Shown: positions 9,819 through 19,228 of the stretch, one piece after another | Layout of the letters: the number at the start of each line of letters is the position of its first letter | Numbering within the stretch: the stretch's first letter is position 1 | Assembly: GCA_016927115.1 (NCBI GenBank) | Contig: JAFGNH010000080.1 | Coordinates: 1,492-65,491 of the forward strand | Source: Anaerolineales bacterium | GTDB lineage: Bacteria; Chloroflexota; Anaerolineae; Anaerolineales; E44-bin32 | Length of the DNA: 64,000 bases | Direction: 5' to 3' | Notes under the pieces: generated by a model | Told to the model about the DNA's origin: nothing | What the model saw: the letters and a program-made list of their open reading frames with translations, nothing else | The model's database searches: none | Translations under genes and position numbers: made by a program

Positions 9819-11204
9819 ATGCGTTCCCTGCGCACGAAAATGACACTGGCTTTTTTGATTACCAGCCTGATCGGGGTTGTTATTGTTTCCCTGCTGGTGC
9901 GCAGTGTCACAGTGCGGGCATTTGATACGTTGGTCAGAAACCAGCAGATCAGCACGTTTTCTGATCGGGTGTCTTCCTACTACCAGGAGAATGGCTCCTG
10001 GGATGGTGTGCTTGCCTTTGTACGCCGGGGAACATCGAACGTTGGCGGTGCCGCGAATACACAATCCCGCGGCCAGGGGGGAGGGCCACAGCAGGGACTG
10101 GCTGTTCAGCCGTATGGCCTGGCTGATATTGAGGGAATCGTGCTGATACCGGTCGGCCAGCTTTCGGTGGGTGATACTGTGCCTGACGACCTGCTGAAGC
10201 AGAGTGCACCACTGGAAGTGGATGGCGTGGAAGTCGGGTTACTGCTGAACAACCGGCAGCGGCCGCAGTACACACATGAAGAGGAGATCTTCCGGGAGAA
10301 AATCAACCAGGCGGCTACCTGGGCTGCTGTGGGAGTCTGTGTATTGGCGTTGATTGTCTCCATAATCCTGGCACGCGCCATCACCAGGCCGGTTCATGAG
10401 ATGACGGTTGCAGCAGAGGAAATAACGGGGGGGAACATGGATCAACAGGTTCCGGTGCGCACGAAAGACGAGCTTGGTAAACTGGCCCAGGCCTTCAACC
10501 GCATGAGCCTGCAGCTGGACAAGGCGAATAAAGCACGCGAGCAGATGACAGCTGATATTGCCCATGACCTGCGGACTCCGCTGACGGTGATCAGCGGCCA
10601 TCTGGAGGGCCTCATCGACGGCGTACTCAAACCATCCCCGGAGAGATTCGATCTCATGTTCAAGGAGACACAGCAGCTGCAGCGGATGGTTCAGGACCTG
10701 CGGACATTGTCGCTTACGGATGCCGGCGAGCTCAAACTGTACAAACATCCTGTAGAGATCAGGGAAATTCTGGAACGTGCAGTACAAGCCTACACACACC
10801 AGGCTGAAGCGAAAGGTGTACAGCTTTCCATGCATTATTCTGAAGGGATTCCACCTGTACAGGCAGATCCACAGCGTCTGGCACAGGTAATGGACAACCT
10901 GATCAGCAACGCTCTCCGTTATACAAAAGAGGGCGGACAGATCATACTGGGCAGTTCTTTGAAACAGGATAGTGTGGAAATAACGGTTTCCGACACCGGA
11001 AAGGGCATTCACCCGAATAACCTGCCGTATGTGTTTGAACGCTTTTACCGTTCTGATACAGCCCGCTTCCAGCGTGATGGTGAGAGCGGCCTTGGGCTGG
11101 CGATCGTAAAGGGAATTGTCGAAGAACATGGGGGAACGATCAGGGTGGACAGCGAGTATGGGGCAGGGACTGTATTCACAATCAGCCTGCCGCTGGGGGG
11201 ATGA
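9819..11204 (+). CDS. Sensor histidine kinase (TM-sensor-TM, HAMP, HisKA, HATPase_c)
   Basis: It has the H-box ADIAHDLRTPLT, the N-box DNLISNALRYT, G1 SDTGKGI and G2 GESGLGLAIV. It sits 4 nt downstream of the regulator gene. Confidence 0.9.
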   Translation: MRSLRTKMTLAFLITSLIGVVIVSLLVRSVTVRAFDTLVRNQQISTFSDRVSSYYQENGSWDGVLAFVRRGTSNVGGAANTQSRGQGGGPQQGLAVQPYGLADIEGIVLIPVGQLSVGDTVPDDLLKQSAPLEVDGVEVGLLLNNRQRPQYTHEEEIFREKINQAATWAAVGVCVLALIVSIILARAITRPVHEMTVAAEEITGGNMDQQVPVRTKDELGKLAQAFNRMSLQLDKANKAREQMTADIAHDLRTPLTVISGHLEGLIDGVLKPSPERFDLMFKETQQLQRMVQDLRTLSLTDAGELKLYKHPVEIREILERAVQAYTHQAEAKGVQLSMHYSEGIPPVQADPQRLAQVMDNLISNALRYTKEGGQIILGSSLKQDSVEITVSDTGKGIHPNNLPYVFERFYRSDTARFQRDGESGLGLAIVKGIVEEHGGTIRVDSEYGAGTVFTISLPLGG

Positions 11205-11252
11205 TTCCCGCGAAGTTCACGGAGAAGTAATAATTTCCACAACGACAGTCCT

Positions 11253-11759
11253 TTAATCCCCGCTGCAATCTTTGCCTGCGAAATAGGTATCCTCAATCGG
11301 ATGCGTCTCCCAGTACTGCAGTGATGTTGAAAGATCGTCTGGTATGAATCGGCAGGTACCGTTGAAGCTGTTGGATCGGATATCAGCGATAAAGCCCTGT
11401 CGCTGTGATTCGATATCCTCCGCGGAGTATCCACTCTCCTGCATCTGGTGCAGCCGGTCTGCGGTATATTCGAGTTCGGCAGATACAGTCTGGATGGTGA
11501 CAAGGCATCTGCCATCTTCCTCGCCAGTGATGGTTATGCGGGTCTCAATGGAGATGTCCATCCCGGCCAGGATATCTTCGCTGCTATGGATCACGACGGA
11601 AGGTGTGCAGTCGGCAGAGGTTTCCTGCAGGCAGGTGAGATCTTCTCCGCACTCGACCTGATCGCCGGGTTCCGGGCTGCTGTCCGGGCCGGGTCCGCCG
11701 CAGGCTAGTGCCGCAACAACGCATGTCAGGAGCATCAATCGTATTCTTGGTACTGTCAT
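11253..11759 (-). CDS. Putative Cys-rich lipoprotein
   Basis: I shortened the 353-aa ORF to the ATG at 11759 (MTVPRIRLMLLTCVVAALACGG, signal peptide plus lipobox). The longer version overlaps the upstream gene and has no coding character. Confidence 0.55.
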   Translation of the reverse strand: MTVPRIRLMLLTCVVAALACGGPGPDSSPEPGDQVECGEDLTCLQETSADCTPSVVIHSSEDILAGMDISIETRITITGEEDGRCLVTIQTVSAELEYTADRLHQMQESGYSAEDIESQRQGFIADIRSNSFNGTCRFIPDDLSTSLQYWETHPIEDTYFAGKDCSGD

Positions 11760-12067
11760 GGCAACCTCCGCAAGACAGGCATCTCTGAATATGGTTGGAT
11801 CGACCACAGGAGCGTGTAGGGAGGGACGTTCAGATGGGGGAATGAAGATGTGGGAATGAAGATGTGGGAACCGTACTGCATTGGTGGAAAACGTAGTTAA
11901 CACCAGTATAGGCATGGAGAAGGCAGATTTCAACCCGCTGGTACGGGCGGGGATTGTAGACCCATTATGGTCAGGCTCATATGAATCTAAAACAAGGGGT
12001 TGATTATATTCCTCATAGAGGCCTATCCGGGGTGGTTGGGATGCGCCCTGGCTGCAGATAGCTCGTC

Positions 12068-14242
12068 TCAGGAAGAGGCGGGGGTTTGAGGTGGTTGAGA
12101 CGGGGCTGGGGGAGAGGAGACGGGTTGTTCTCTGTCTTCCTCTGATGCAGGGATAAGCGCTTCCATTCGTTCCTTCTCCGGATCCGCCGAAATCCACAGC
12201 CATATACACAGCCCCACTCCCGTCAAGGTGAGAAGCAACCCCAACGCAGCATCCCAGGGTTGATAGCGAAAGGTGAAGGTGTGTACACCGGCCGGGGCGC
12301 TTAATATGAGCCAATTATCACCAGTAAACGGAACCCGATCGTCATCCAGCCAGGCTTTCCACCCCGGCAGTATATGCTCCTTGACGATCAGATCCCCCGG
12401 CTGGTCGGTAACACAGGTGACCTCGATCCTCCCGCCCCGTCCTTCAGCCAGGCAAGGAACGGATCCGTTCTCCGTGGTGATGGCTGCATACTGCTCTTCG
12501 GGATGTGAAAATACAGTAATTCCGTATAGGACCGCAACGACGTTACTATTGTCCAGCGCTGATTCGGATCGGCTGGCCTCCAGGTAAGCACCCGGGTTTT
12601 CGCGGTCTCTCCACCGCCAGGGGATTATCCCGGGGCTGAGTTTCAACCCGCGCTGGATTGCCGGCTCGATGAAGAAATGTTCCCCGAAAGGAGGCTGGAC
12701 CCACTGCAGGTTATCCGTTTTTAATGCATCGACAACCTCATATACCGGTGATTCATTCCTGGCGGTGTAGATCCATATTTCGGCGAACTGGTAGACAGTG
12801 TACACATTAAGAACAAGCGGTAAAATCAGCAGCCAGCTGGTGGGCAGTGGTTTGAACGCAGTGCCGTTTTCGGCGGTAAAACTGAGAGACAGGCGAGGCC
12901 AATCCTGGCGAAGCAGGAGATCCAGTCCGGCAGCAGCCAGTGCCAGGACCAGGGGTACGGCAAGGCCGGCCAGCAGTGGTGTATGTCTGAATCCTGCTGC
13001 TCCCGCCCAGATCTTGGCCAGAGGCCGCAGTGTGGTACCGCTGGCCATCGCCAGGATGAGCACAATACTGCCGGCCAGATACCATTTTGTTGAACTTTTC
13101 AACCTTGTCCTGTCGGTCAGCCCGTAGGCTGCCAGCAGAATTGGAACCCAGCCCAGAAACAGCGTGTGGAGCGCAGGAAAGGATGACTTGTTGAGGGTTT
13201 CGTTGAAGAAGAATTCATGGGAATCAATCAGAAAATTCAGAGGGAGATATTTCAGGGGTTGGGCGATCCCGAAGTTCGCATCAATGAACTTGGAGAAATG
13301 TGGGCTGAAGTGCAGAAAAGGAACAAGGAAGACTGCAGCAAGAAGAAGAGCAATGACCACCGCCAGCATGAAGGTTCTCCACACAGGTTTCAGTTTCATC
13401 TTTGAATCGAAGATCAGGAAGGCACAGGCCGGTATGGTTCCGGCAAAAGCCAGCTGCAGGTAGCCCTGTCCTGCCAGAAGGGCGGAAGCGCCTGTGATCC
13501 CCAGCACTACAGCGGACCTTTTGCCAGGACAGTTTACAGCTGCGAGGATGCCGCCAAAGAGCAGGCTGGTCATTGCGGTGGAGAACACAATTCCGAACAG
13601 ACCGAGTTCCATCCTGCCGGCGAGGTGCCCTCCTACAACAGCTACAGCGCCGCTCCATAAACGGGCGATCAGGGAGAGTTTCAGATTCCGTGCGATCCAC
13701 CATTGGGCAACCCCAGCGAGCCAGAACGCAAGCACAATGCTGATTTTGGCTCCATTAACAACACCCCAGATCAGCGTGGTGACAATCACCAGCGGATACA
13801 GCATGCTGCCGTATGGATCGGCGAAAGCGGGGGCACCGCCTGGTGCTGCTCCATTCCACAGTGCACACCAGCCGCATTCCAGCGCTCTGGTCCACAGGTG
13901 ATGGGTTTGAATAGCTGAACTAAATTCTCTGCCCGCCGGTAGAATAAAGTAGCGCATATCCAGATATTCACGACAGACCCACACTGCCCATAGACCGAGA
14001 AGGAGGATTTCAATAAGTGTGCTGGATTCAACCAGGAATCCATGAAGCGCGCGCAGCAGACGAAGCAGCAATCGGTGGATGAATAAAACCACCTGTTCTT
14101 CTGTCTTCAGAAGGCGATATAAGGGCTTACGGCTGTCGTGGTATGTGCTGCTCTTTCTCAGACTCTGCAGCCGCCGAATAACCCGGGTTGTAAGCAGGGT
14201 ACCAAGCGCAGCAGCAGCGGCAATCAGAACCTGAGAGTTCAT
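12068..14242 (-). CDS. Polytopic membrane protein, YfhO-like GT-C family (putative glycosyltransferase)
   Basis: Start set to the ATG at 14242 (MNSQVLIAAAAALG...). The protein has many TM helices. The C-terminal module ILPGWKAWLDDDRVPFTGDNWLILSAPAGVHTFTFRYQPW plus a final TM helix is the pattern seen in YfhO-type proteins. It ends in a Pro-rich tail. Confidence 0.55.
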   Translation of the reverse strand: MNSQVLIAAAAALGTLLTTRVIRRLQSLRKSSTYHDSRKPLYRLLKTEEQVVLFIHRLLLRLLRALHGFLVESSTLIEILLLGLWAVWVCREYLDMRYFILPAGREFSSAIQTHHLWTRALECGWCALWNGAAPGGAPAFADPYGSMLYPLVIVTTLIWGVVNGAKISIVLAFWLAGVAQWWIARNLKLSLIARLWSGAVAVVGGHLAGRMELGLFGIVFSTAMTSLLFGGILAAVNCPGKRSAVVLGITGASALLAGQGYLQLAFAGTIPACAFLIFDSKMKLKPVWRTFMLAVVIALLLAAVFLVPFLHFSPHFSKFIDANFGIAQPLKYLPLNFLIDSHEFFFNETLNKSSFPALHTLFLGWVPILLAAYGLTDRTRLKSSTKWYLAGSIVLILAMASGTTLRPLAKIWAGAAGFRHTPLLAGLAVPLVLALAAAGLDLLLRQDWPRLSLSFTAENGTAFKPLPTSWLLILPLVLNVYTVYQFAEIWIYTARNESPVYEVVDALKTDNLQWVQPPFGEHFFIEPAIQRGLKLSPGIIPWRWRDRENPGAYLEASRSESALDNSNVVAVLYGITVFSHPEEQYAAITTENGSVPCLAEGRGGRIEVTCVTDQPGDLIVKEHILPGWKAWLDDDRVPFTGDNWLILSAPAGVHTFTFRYQPWDAALGLLLTLTGVGLCIWLWISADPEKERMEALIPASEEDREQPVSSPPAPSQPPQTPASS

Positions 14243-14298
14243 GCAGGCTCCTTGAACAAATATCAGGTGGGGTGTTAATGCTCCACAATTATCAAAGC

Positions 14299-15522
14299 TT
14301 AGACAATCGGCTGGCCGCATTCCTCGCAAAAGCGAATCCCGGCACGGTTCTGTAAACCGCATGCCTGGCAGATGGAGCCTTCTGTCTGAGAGGCCTGTTC
14401 CGGGGCGATACGGCTGCCGCAATGTTCGCAGAACAGCACTCCTGAGCGGTTCGATTTGCCGCACTCTGTGCACACTGGACCGGTACCGGAGGTTGGTGGC
14501 GAGGTGTGCAGTGCAGAGCCGCAGTATTCACAGAAGCGCACCTCAGGGCGGTTGGTCTTGCCGCACTGGTTGCAGATCGGGCCTTCCGATGAAGGAGCCG
14601 GGGCAGGACGTGACTGCGGTTGTATGGCTGGAGCAGGTGTGGAGGCCGGCTGAGCGGCTGGAGGGGCGGGAGGGGCTGTGGAAGCTGGTTGTGCGTCGGC
14701 TTTTTCTGCGGAAGTGGGAATCGCTTCAAGCTGCGTGCGCCATGCTGCTGCGGTTTGCGGGCGGTCAGTACGGCGCGGCTGCATGGCCCAGCGAATGGCT
14801 GCGGCAACCTCCCCTCTGATTTTCGGGTTGATCTTGTCCGGGGGGAGATACTCAGTCTCGCCAATGGCCAGCGAAACGCTGTCCGGCGGACGGGTGGCGG
14901 TAAGCAGCGCATAGAGTGTGGCCCCGAGGGCGTATACATCCGAGGCGGGACTGGAGCTGCTGGCGCTGTACTGCTCCGGAGGGGAAAATCCCGGCGTGAC
15001 GCCGCGTGCGCCAGTGGCGGTGCGGGCATCTTCGGCACCGATCTTGGCAACACCGAAATCCACCAGCACCACCTGACCATCAGGCATCAATTTGATGTTC
15101 TGCGGTTTGATATCGCGGTGCAGAATGGGAGGATCCTGACTATGCAGGTATTCCACCGCGCCGCAGATCTGCAGAATCCAGCGAAGAGCCTGTTCTTCTG
15201 AAAAGGGGCTGTGTTGTGTTTTGATTTGCTCCCAAAGATTCAGTCCGGGGATAAATTCCATCACCAGGTACTGCTGACCCTCATTGGTGAAGTGCTGCAG
15301 TACATGCGGCAGAGAAGGATGGCGCAGTCGGGCAAGAATCAGAGCTTCTTTTTTGAATTGTTCGACAGCCTGCGGCGTGGTGAAATAATTTTCCTTGATG
15401 GCGACAGCCACCTGCAGATTGGTGTCATAGGCCCGGTAGACGGCACCCATGCCGCCGTAGGCCAACAGGCTGTCGATCCGGTAACGGTTTTCAAGGATGG
15501 TATCTTCCGGTAAGGGCATCAC
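14299..15522 (-). CDS. Ser/Thr protein kinase with three C-terminal zinc-ribbon repeats
   Basis: Hanks kinase motifs are present: GGMGAVYRA, VAIK, HRDIKPQN, DFG and SPPE. After a Pro/Ala-rich linker come three CxxCG-x9-FCExCG units (14302..14577). Confidence 0.9.
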   Translation of the reverse strand: MMPLPEDTILENRYRIDSLLAYGGMGAVYRAYDTNLQVAVAIKENYFTTPQAVEQFKKEALILARLRHPSLPHVLQHFTNEGQQYLVMEFIPGLNLWEQIKTQHSPFSEEQALRWILQICGAVEYLHSQDPPILHRDIKPQNIKLMPDGQVVLVDFGVAKIGAEDARTATGARGVTPGFSPPEQYSASSSSPASDVYALGATLYALLTATRPPDSVSLAIGETEYLPPDKINPKIRGEVAAAIRWAMQPRRTDRPQTAAAWRTQLEAIPTSAEKADAQPASTAPPAPPAAQPASTPAPAIQPQSRPAPAPSSEGPICNQCGKTNRPEVRFCEYCGSALHTSPPTSGTGPVCTECGKSNRSGVLFCEHCGSRIAPEQASQTEGSICQACGLQNRAGIRFCEECGQPIV

Positions 15523-15968
15523 TTCCTCAAGAGAGATTGTCTGGATGGGTTATTGTAGTATGAATGCGACAGCCAGGCAAAGCGAACGCCCCGAAGCAGG
15601 GCCTTAACACCCGGGGTTTTTTTGGATACAGACTTTCTGACCGGTGGAAGGGCGGAACCGACGGTTTTCTGCAGCCAGTTATACAGGATGCAGGAAGAAG
15701 GTGTTCACCGTGTTCCCCAGACAGGCGATTCTGTGGAGCCGCAGGTCCAGGGTGATCTGCCAGGAGATTCCAGCAAGGTATTCATGTACATGGAATCCAG
15801 CCATACCTAAAGAGCCCACAGGCGATATTCTCTGAGAGGAGAGGGTCGGAGGCTGAAAGTGATCAGGCCCATCGATATGTAGGCAAGCGCTGCCGGGGAG
15901 AAGTCAGCTGAGTCCGGCGATTGTGTTGCCAGGACGATAGGTGGAACAGTATTCTTCCGGGCTGTATA

Positions 15969-16463
15969 CTATTCTCCAATAATTTGGACCCGGACGGTCC
16001 GCTGGCGAGCCCGTACCTGGTCAAAGTCCGCAAAGTAGATACGCCCGAATTCTCCCAGAACCATGGCGCTGTCCACTACCGGAATTGAAACCGAGCGTCC
16101 GAGAATAACAGACCGAAGGTGGGCGTCGGTGTTCAGTGACCAGGAAGGCAGTTCATCCCTTCCGGCTGCGGCCTTGATGTGCTTCGGCCCCGGATGGTAG
16201 TACTGGCCTTCACTTCTGCAGGTGGGGATGATCTTTTCCAGCACCTCCACGAGATCCTGCATGAGCATGTCGATTCCGTAGTAATTAAGATCATCAGAAG
16301 CTTCCTGAATGAGGACGCTGCATGTGGTGTGTTGGGAAAAAACCATCAGGATGCCGTCAGCAATTTTGGAGTCCGCCAGGGCTTGCTCAACCTGATCTGT
16401 GACATCGTCGAAGGTGGGGTGAGTATCCGACTGAATGGTAAAGGCGTGTGAATAGATTGTCAT
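15969..16463 (-). CDS. YjbQ/UPF0047 family protein (secondary thiamine-phosphate synthase family)
   Basis: 164 aa. The motifs GILMVFSQHTTCSVLIQE and NTDAHLRSVILGRSVSIPV are typical of YjbQ. Confidence 0.8.
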   Translation of the reverse strand: MTIYSHAFTIQSDTHPTFDDVTDQVEQALADSKIADGILMVFSQHTTCSVLIQEASDDLNYYGIDMLMQDLVEVLEKIIPTCRSEGQYYHPGPKHIKAAAGRDELPSWSLNTDAHLRSVILGRSVSIPVVDSAMVLGEFGRIYFADFDQVRARQRTVRVQIIGE

Positions 16464-16474
16464 TGTTCTTCCTT

Positions 16475-17182
16475 TCAGGGATGGGTGTCGTTCCAGGCTT
16501 TACGAACATTATGGATCATTTCTTCGAGCATGGCGAAGGGATCGTCTGCCAGCAGGACGCCGCTGGTGGATCCTGCTGCCTGGGCGCCGAGTGCAATAAT
16601 GTCATAGACATCCTGTCCATTGCTGATACCGGCTCCGTGAAGGACTCTGATTGCAGGATTGATATCCCCCACCAGATTATTGATCTTCTGAATCGCTTTC
16701 TGATCTTCGTCGCTGCGTTTACCCACCCCGATCAATTCCGGCGGTTCTGCGAGGACAATGTTCGGATTCATCATTGCGACCCGCCTGATTTCGTCCAAAC
16801 TTCCGGCACAAACCAGGCTGGCAAGGCCGACCTCGTCCGCGCGCTGGATGGTTTTTTCGAGAATATCGTACTCCAGACTTTTTTCGGCGTGATTAAGCAG
16901 GACACCCTGGGCCCCTGCCTGTTTTAAAGACTCTGGAAGAACAGAGCCGATTCCGCGTCCCGGCCTGATGGGATCCATATGCTGGGCAAAGACCAGCAGG
17001 TCCTTTGTCGCTCCTGCTGCACGGGAAATGTCGGCATACTGCGGTGTGAAGATAATCTGGACATTGTAGCGGCGGCTGAGCTGGTCGGCAAACACAGCCA
17101 TCTGCACAGCCTTTTCGCCATACAGGTAGGCTTTGGGGCCCAGTTCAAAAAAGGGTGGTGTGATCAACAGTCCACCGTACAA
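16475..17182 (-). CDS. Triosephosphate isomerase family protein (archaeal-type TIM-like)
   Basis: It has LNHAEK (the His motif), AEPPELIG (the catalytic Glu motif) and GAGIS. I prefer the TTG at 17182, which is preceded by AGGAGG, over the ORF-track start at 17260, which overlaps the upstream gene by 31 nt. Confidence 0.7.
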   Translation of the reverse strand: MYGGLLITPPFFELGPKAYLYGEKAVQMAVFADQLSRRYNVQIIFTPQYADISRAAGATKDLLVFAQHMDPIRPGRGIGSVLPESLKQAGAQGVLLNHAEKSLEYDILEKTIQRADEVGLASLVCAGSLDEIRRVAMMNPNIVLAEPPELIGVGKRSDEDQKAIQKINNLVGDINPAIRVLHGAGISNGQDVYDIIALGAQAAGSTSGVLLADDPFAMLEEMIHNVRKAWNDTHP

Positions 17183-17229
17183 GGTTCGTTCCTCCTGGTC
17201 GATTGGCCTTGCGTTTTCTGCGCGCGGGC

Positions 17230-18189
17230 CTATTGATTCCGATAAATTTCGAAGATCCATACAGGCGCATGATGAGTTTTTAGCGCATCCTGCACCTGAA
17301 CGAGACTGTCAGGGGGACAGAGGGCTATGGCGCAGCCGCCGCCCCCGGCTCCCATTTGTTTTACTCCCCAGGCACCAGCTTGGCGGGCAGTTTCACAAAA
17401 GAGATTCAGGCGCTCGGTGGCTGTTCCCATAATATTCTCCTCGAGCTGCTGCTGGTTCATCAACTTGCCCAGGGACACCAGATCCCCATCGAGCAGAGCT
17501 TGCCGACCATGACTCACCATTTTCGTGACACGCTGCAGAGATTGCACAAGGACCGGGTCGTTTGCCCGCAGCCGGTCCTGCAGCCAGAGCTGCAGCTCCT
17601 GGGTATTGTGGGATTCCTGCGTATCCGCAACCACGACCGGAAGGGATTGCACAGGAATGTTTTCCACAGAGGGCAAATCTCCGGTATGAATGAAGGTCAC
17701 ACCGCCGAACGCGATCGCATACTGGTCCATTCTGCCGCATTCAATATTCAGGTCTTCGCGCTCGATGCGATAGGAGAGTTCGGCGATTTCGGCTGTGTCC
17801 AAACCAATATGGAAAGCCTGGTTCAAAGCGCGAAGAAAACCAATGCAGAGTGCGGTTGAGGAAGACATTCCTGCGCTGACCGGAATTTCTGAATGAATGC
17901 TTGCTTCAAAACCGGTGGTGATGTACGGCTGCAGGCGCAGGATGATTGCCTCCAGATATCGCAGTGGTGAGGTAAGTGCCGGGGTATCTCCCAATTCGAA
18001 TTCTTCCCGGAACCCGATGTCTGCGGCTGTGAGCCGTATACGACGGTCAGCGCGCGGTAAAAGGGTGACGGTCAGAAAAGCAGATATGGCTGCGGCCAGG
18101 ACCGGCTCCTCTATCAGATCGACATTATCACCCAGCAGACAGATTCTGCCCGGGGCATGCGCTGTAACCATTTGATTTTCAGTGCCCAT
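17230..18189 (-). CDS. GHMP-family sugar/small-molecule kinase
   Basis: It has APGRICLLGDNVDL (motif I), PVSAGMSSSTAL (motif II) and GAGGGGCAIAL (motif III). The start was moved to the ATG at 18189, which has GGAG upstream. Confidence 0.8.
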   Translation of the reverse strand: MGTENQMVTAHAPGRICLLGDNVDLIEEPVLAAAISAFLTVTLLPRADRRIRLTAADIGFREEFELGDTPALTSPLRYLEAIILRLQPYITTGFEASIHSEIPVSAGMSSSTALCIGFLRALNQAFHIGLDTAEIAELSYRIEREDLNIECGRMDQYAIAFGGVTFIHTGDLPSVENIPVQSLPVVVADTQESHNTQELQLWLQDRLRANDPVLVQSLQRVTKMVSHGRQALLDGDLVSLGKLMNQQQLEENIMGTATERLNLFCETARQAGAWGVKQMGAGGGGCAIALCPPDSLVQVQDALKTHHAPVWIFEIYRNQ

Positions 18190-18307
18190 CCCTTCTCCAT
18201 TTTCTGGCCGCCTGCAGGCTGCCGGCAGGCGGTTCCCCCGCACCAGATTTTATTCATGGTTTGTTGAGCGCATTATAGCATAAAATTCTGAAATATGTCT
18301 GATAATG

Positions 18308-18352
18308 TTGGGAAAAGGTTGTTGTAAAGTTATAATATGTATGATAACATAC
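18308..18352 (+). promoter_or_regulatory. Candidate sigma70-type promoter plus small palindrome in the AT-rich divergent intergenic region
   Basis: ttggga (18308..18313), a 17-nt spacer, then tataat (18331..18336). The palindrome gtatg-ataa-catac (18339..18352) lies at the predicted transcription start, between the divergent catabolic genes. A DeoR regulator is encoded at the end of the locus. Confidence 0.35.
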
Positions 18353-18407
18353 TAAAAACAGAATAAAAAACAAACAATAATCCATTTAAAAATAATAAGG
18401 AGTGCAT

Positions 18408-19226
18408 ATGAACGGGACGGGTGAAAAAATTCGATTAGCCCGATTGTTAAAGGGGACAGAGAATGCTGTAATCGTTGCAGTTGATCATGGACTGTACTTC
18501 GGGCCTCTGGACGGGCTGTTGAATCTGCCGGAGGCGATCAGCAAACTGGGGCAGGCTGATGCGGTGCTGTTGAGCGCCGGGATGGTATCCCACTGTGCTG
18601 ACTTCTTTGCTGTACGCGGAGCTCCATCGATGATTCTCAGGCTTAATTGGGCGACCAACTATGTTGCCCCGTGGGAATATGAGCATTCCTACTCGGTTCC
18701 GCTGCTTACAGCAGCTGAGGCTGTGCGTCTCGGAGCGGATATTGTAGTGGGCAGTGTTACCCTGAAAACACCGGACCAGGCCGAGGATGCGCAGAATGTC
18801 GGGCTTTTTGCGAAGCTCGTACAGCAGAAAATCACTGCAGGTGTGCCATTGATCTGCGAGGTGTATCCTATTGGGGGTGATTTCGCCAAGCCGGAGGAGC
18901 TGCAGGAGGAGGTTGCAATCGGCTGCAGGATGGCAGCCGAACTCGGTGCGGATATGATTAAAACGTTCTACACCGGACCCGGTTTCTCCCGTATCACGGC
19001 AGCCACTCCCATTCCCATCTTTGCGTTGGGAGCGCTGAAGAAACCAACCGAAAAGGATGCCCTGATTGCAGCTGCGGATGCAGTACGCCTTGGCGCACGC
19101 GGTGTCGTTTTCGGCCGCAATGTGGTGCAGTCAAAGGACCCCGAGCGACTTCTGGAAGCCCTTAAAGAAGTTGTTAAAGCCGGCAAATCGCCTGACGATG
19201 TTGCTGTAAAATACAATTTAGATTGA
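18408..19226 (+). CDS. Class I aldolase, DhnA/FbaB/LsrF (DeoC/LacD) family
   Basis: It has IVAVDHG near the N-terminus, the Schiff-base lysine context GADMIKT, and GVVFGRNV. The ATG at 18408 has GGAG upstream. Confidence 0.75.
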   Translation: MNGTGEKIRLARLLKGTENAVIVAVDHGLYFGPLDGLLNLPEAISKLGQADAVLLSAGMVSHCADFFAVRGAPSMILRLNWATNYVAPWEYEHSYSVPLLTAAEAVRLGADIVVGSVTLKTPDQAEDAQNVGLFAKLVQQKITAGVPLICEVYPIGGDFAKPEELQEEVAIGCRMAAELGADMIKTFYTGPGFSRITAATPIPIFALGALKKPTEKDALIAAADAVRLGARGVVFGRNVVQSKDPERLLEALKEVVKAGKSPDDVAVKYNLD

Positions 19227-19228
19227 AT

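Noticed and set aside
9054-11129. Long minus-strand ORFs (336 aa and 296 aa) across the two-component genes
   Set aside because: They are antisense to clearly recognisable response-regulator and histidine-kinase genes. Their products are Arg/His/Gln-rich with no motifs, which is typical of GC-rich antisense frames.
11760-12314. N-terminal extension of the lipoprotein ORF to 353 aa
   Set aside because: The extension overlaps the 3' end of the YfhO-like gene, is Gly/Ser/Arg-rich with no coding signature, and would bury the signal peptide internally.
14243-14473. N-terminal extension of the YfhO-like ORF to 801 aa
   Set aside because: The extension overlaps the 3' end of the kinase gene in another frame. 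The ATG at 14242 gives a normal TM-start protein.
15585-15625. GC stem plus T7 run resembling a terminator or small RNA end on the plus strand
   Set aside because: The stem is only about 5 bp with an ~18-nt loop, and no plus-strand gene lies upstream. The support is insufficient.
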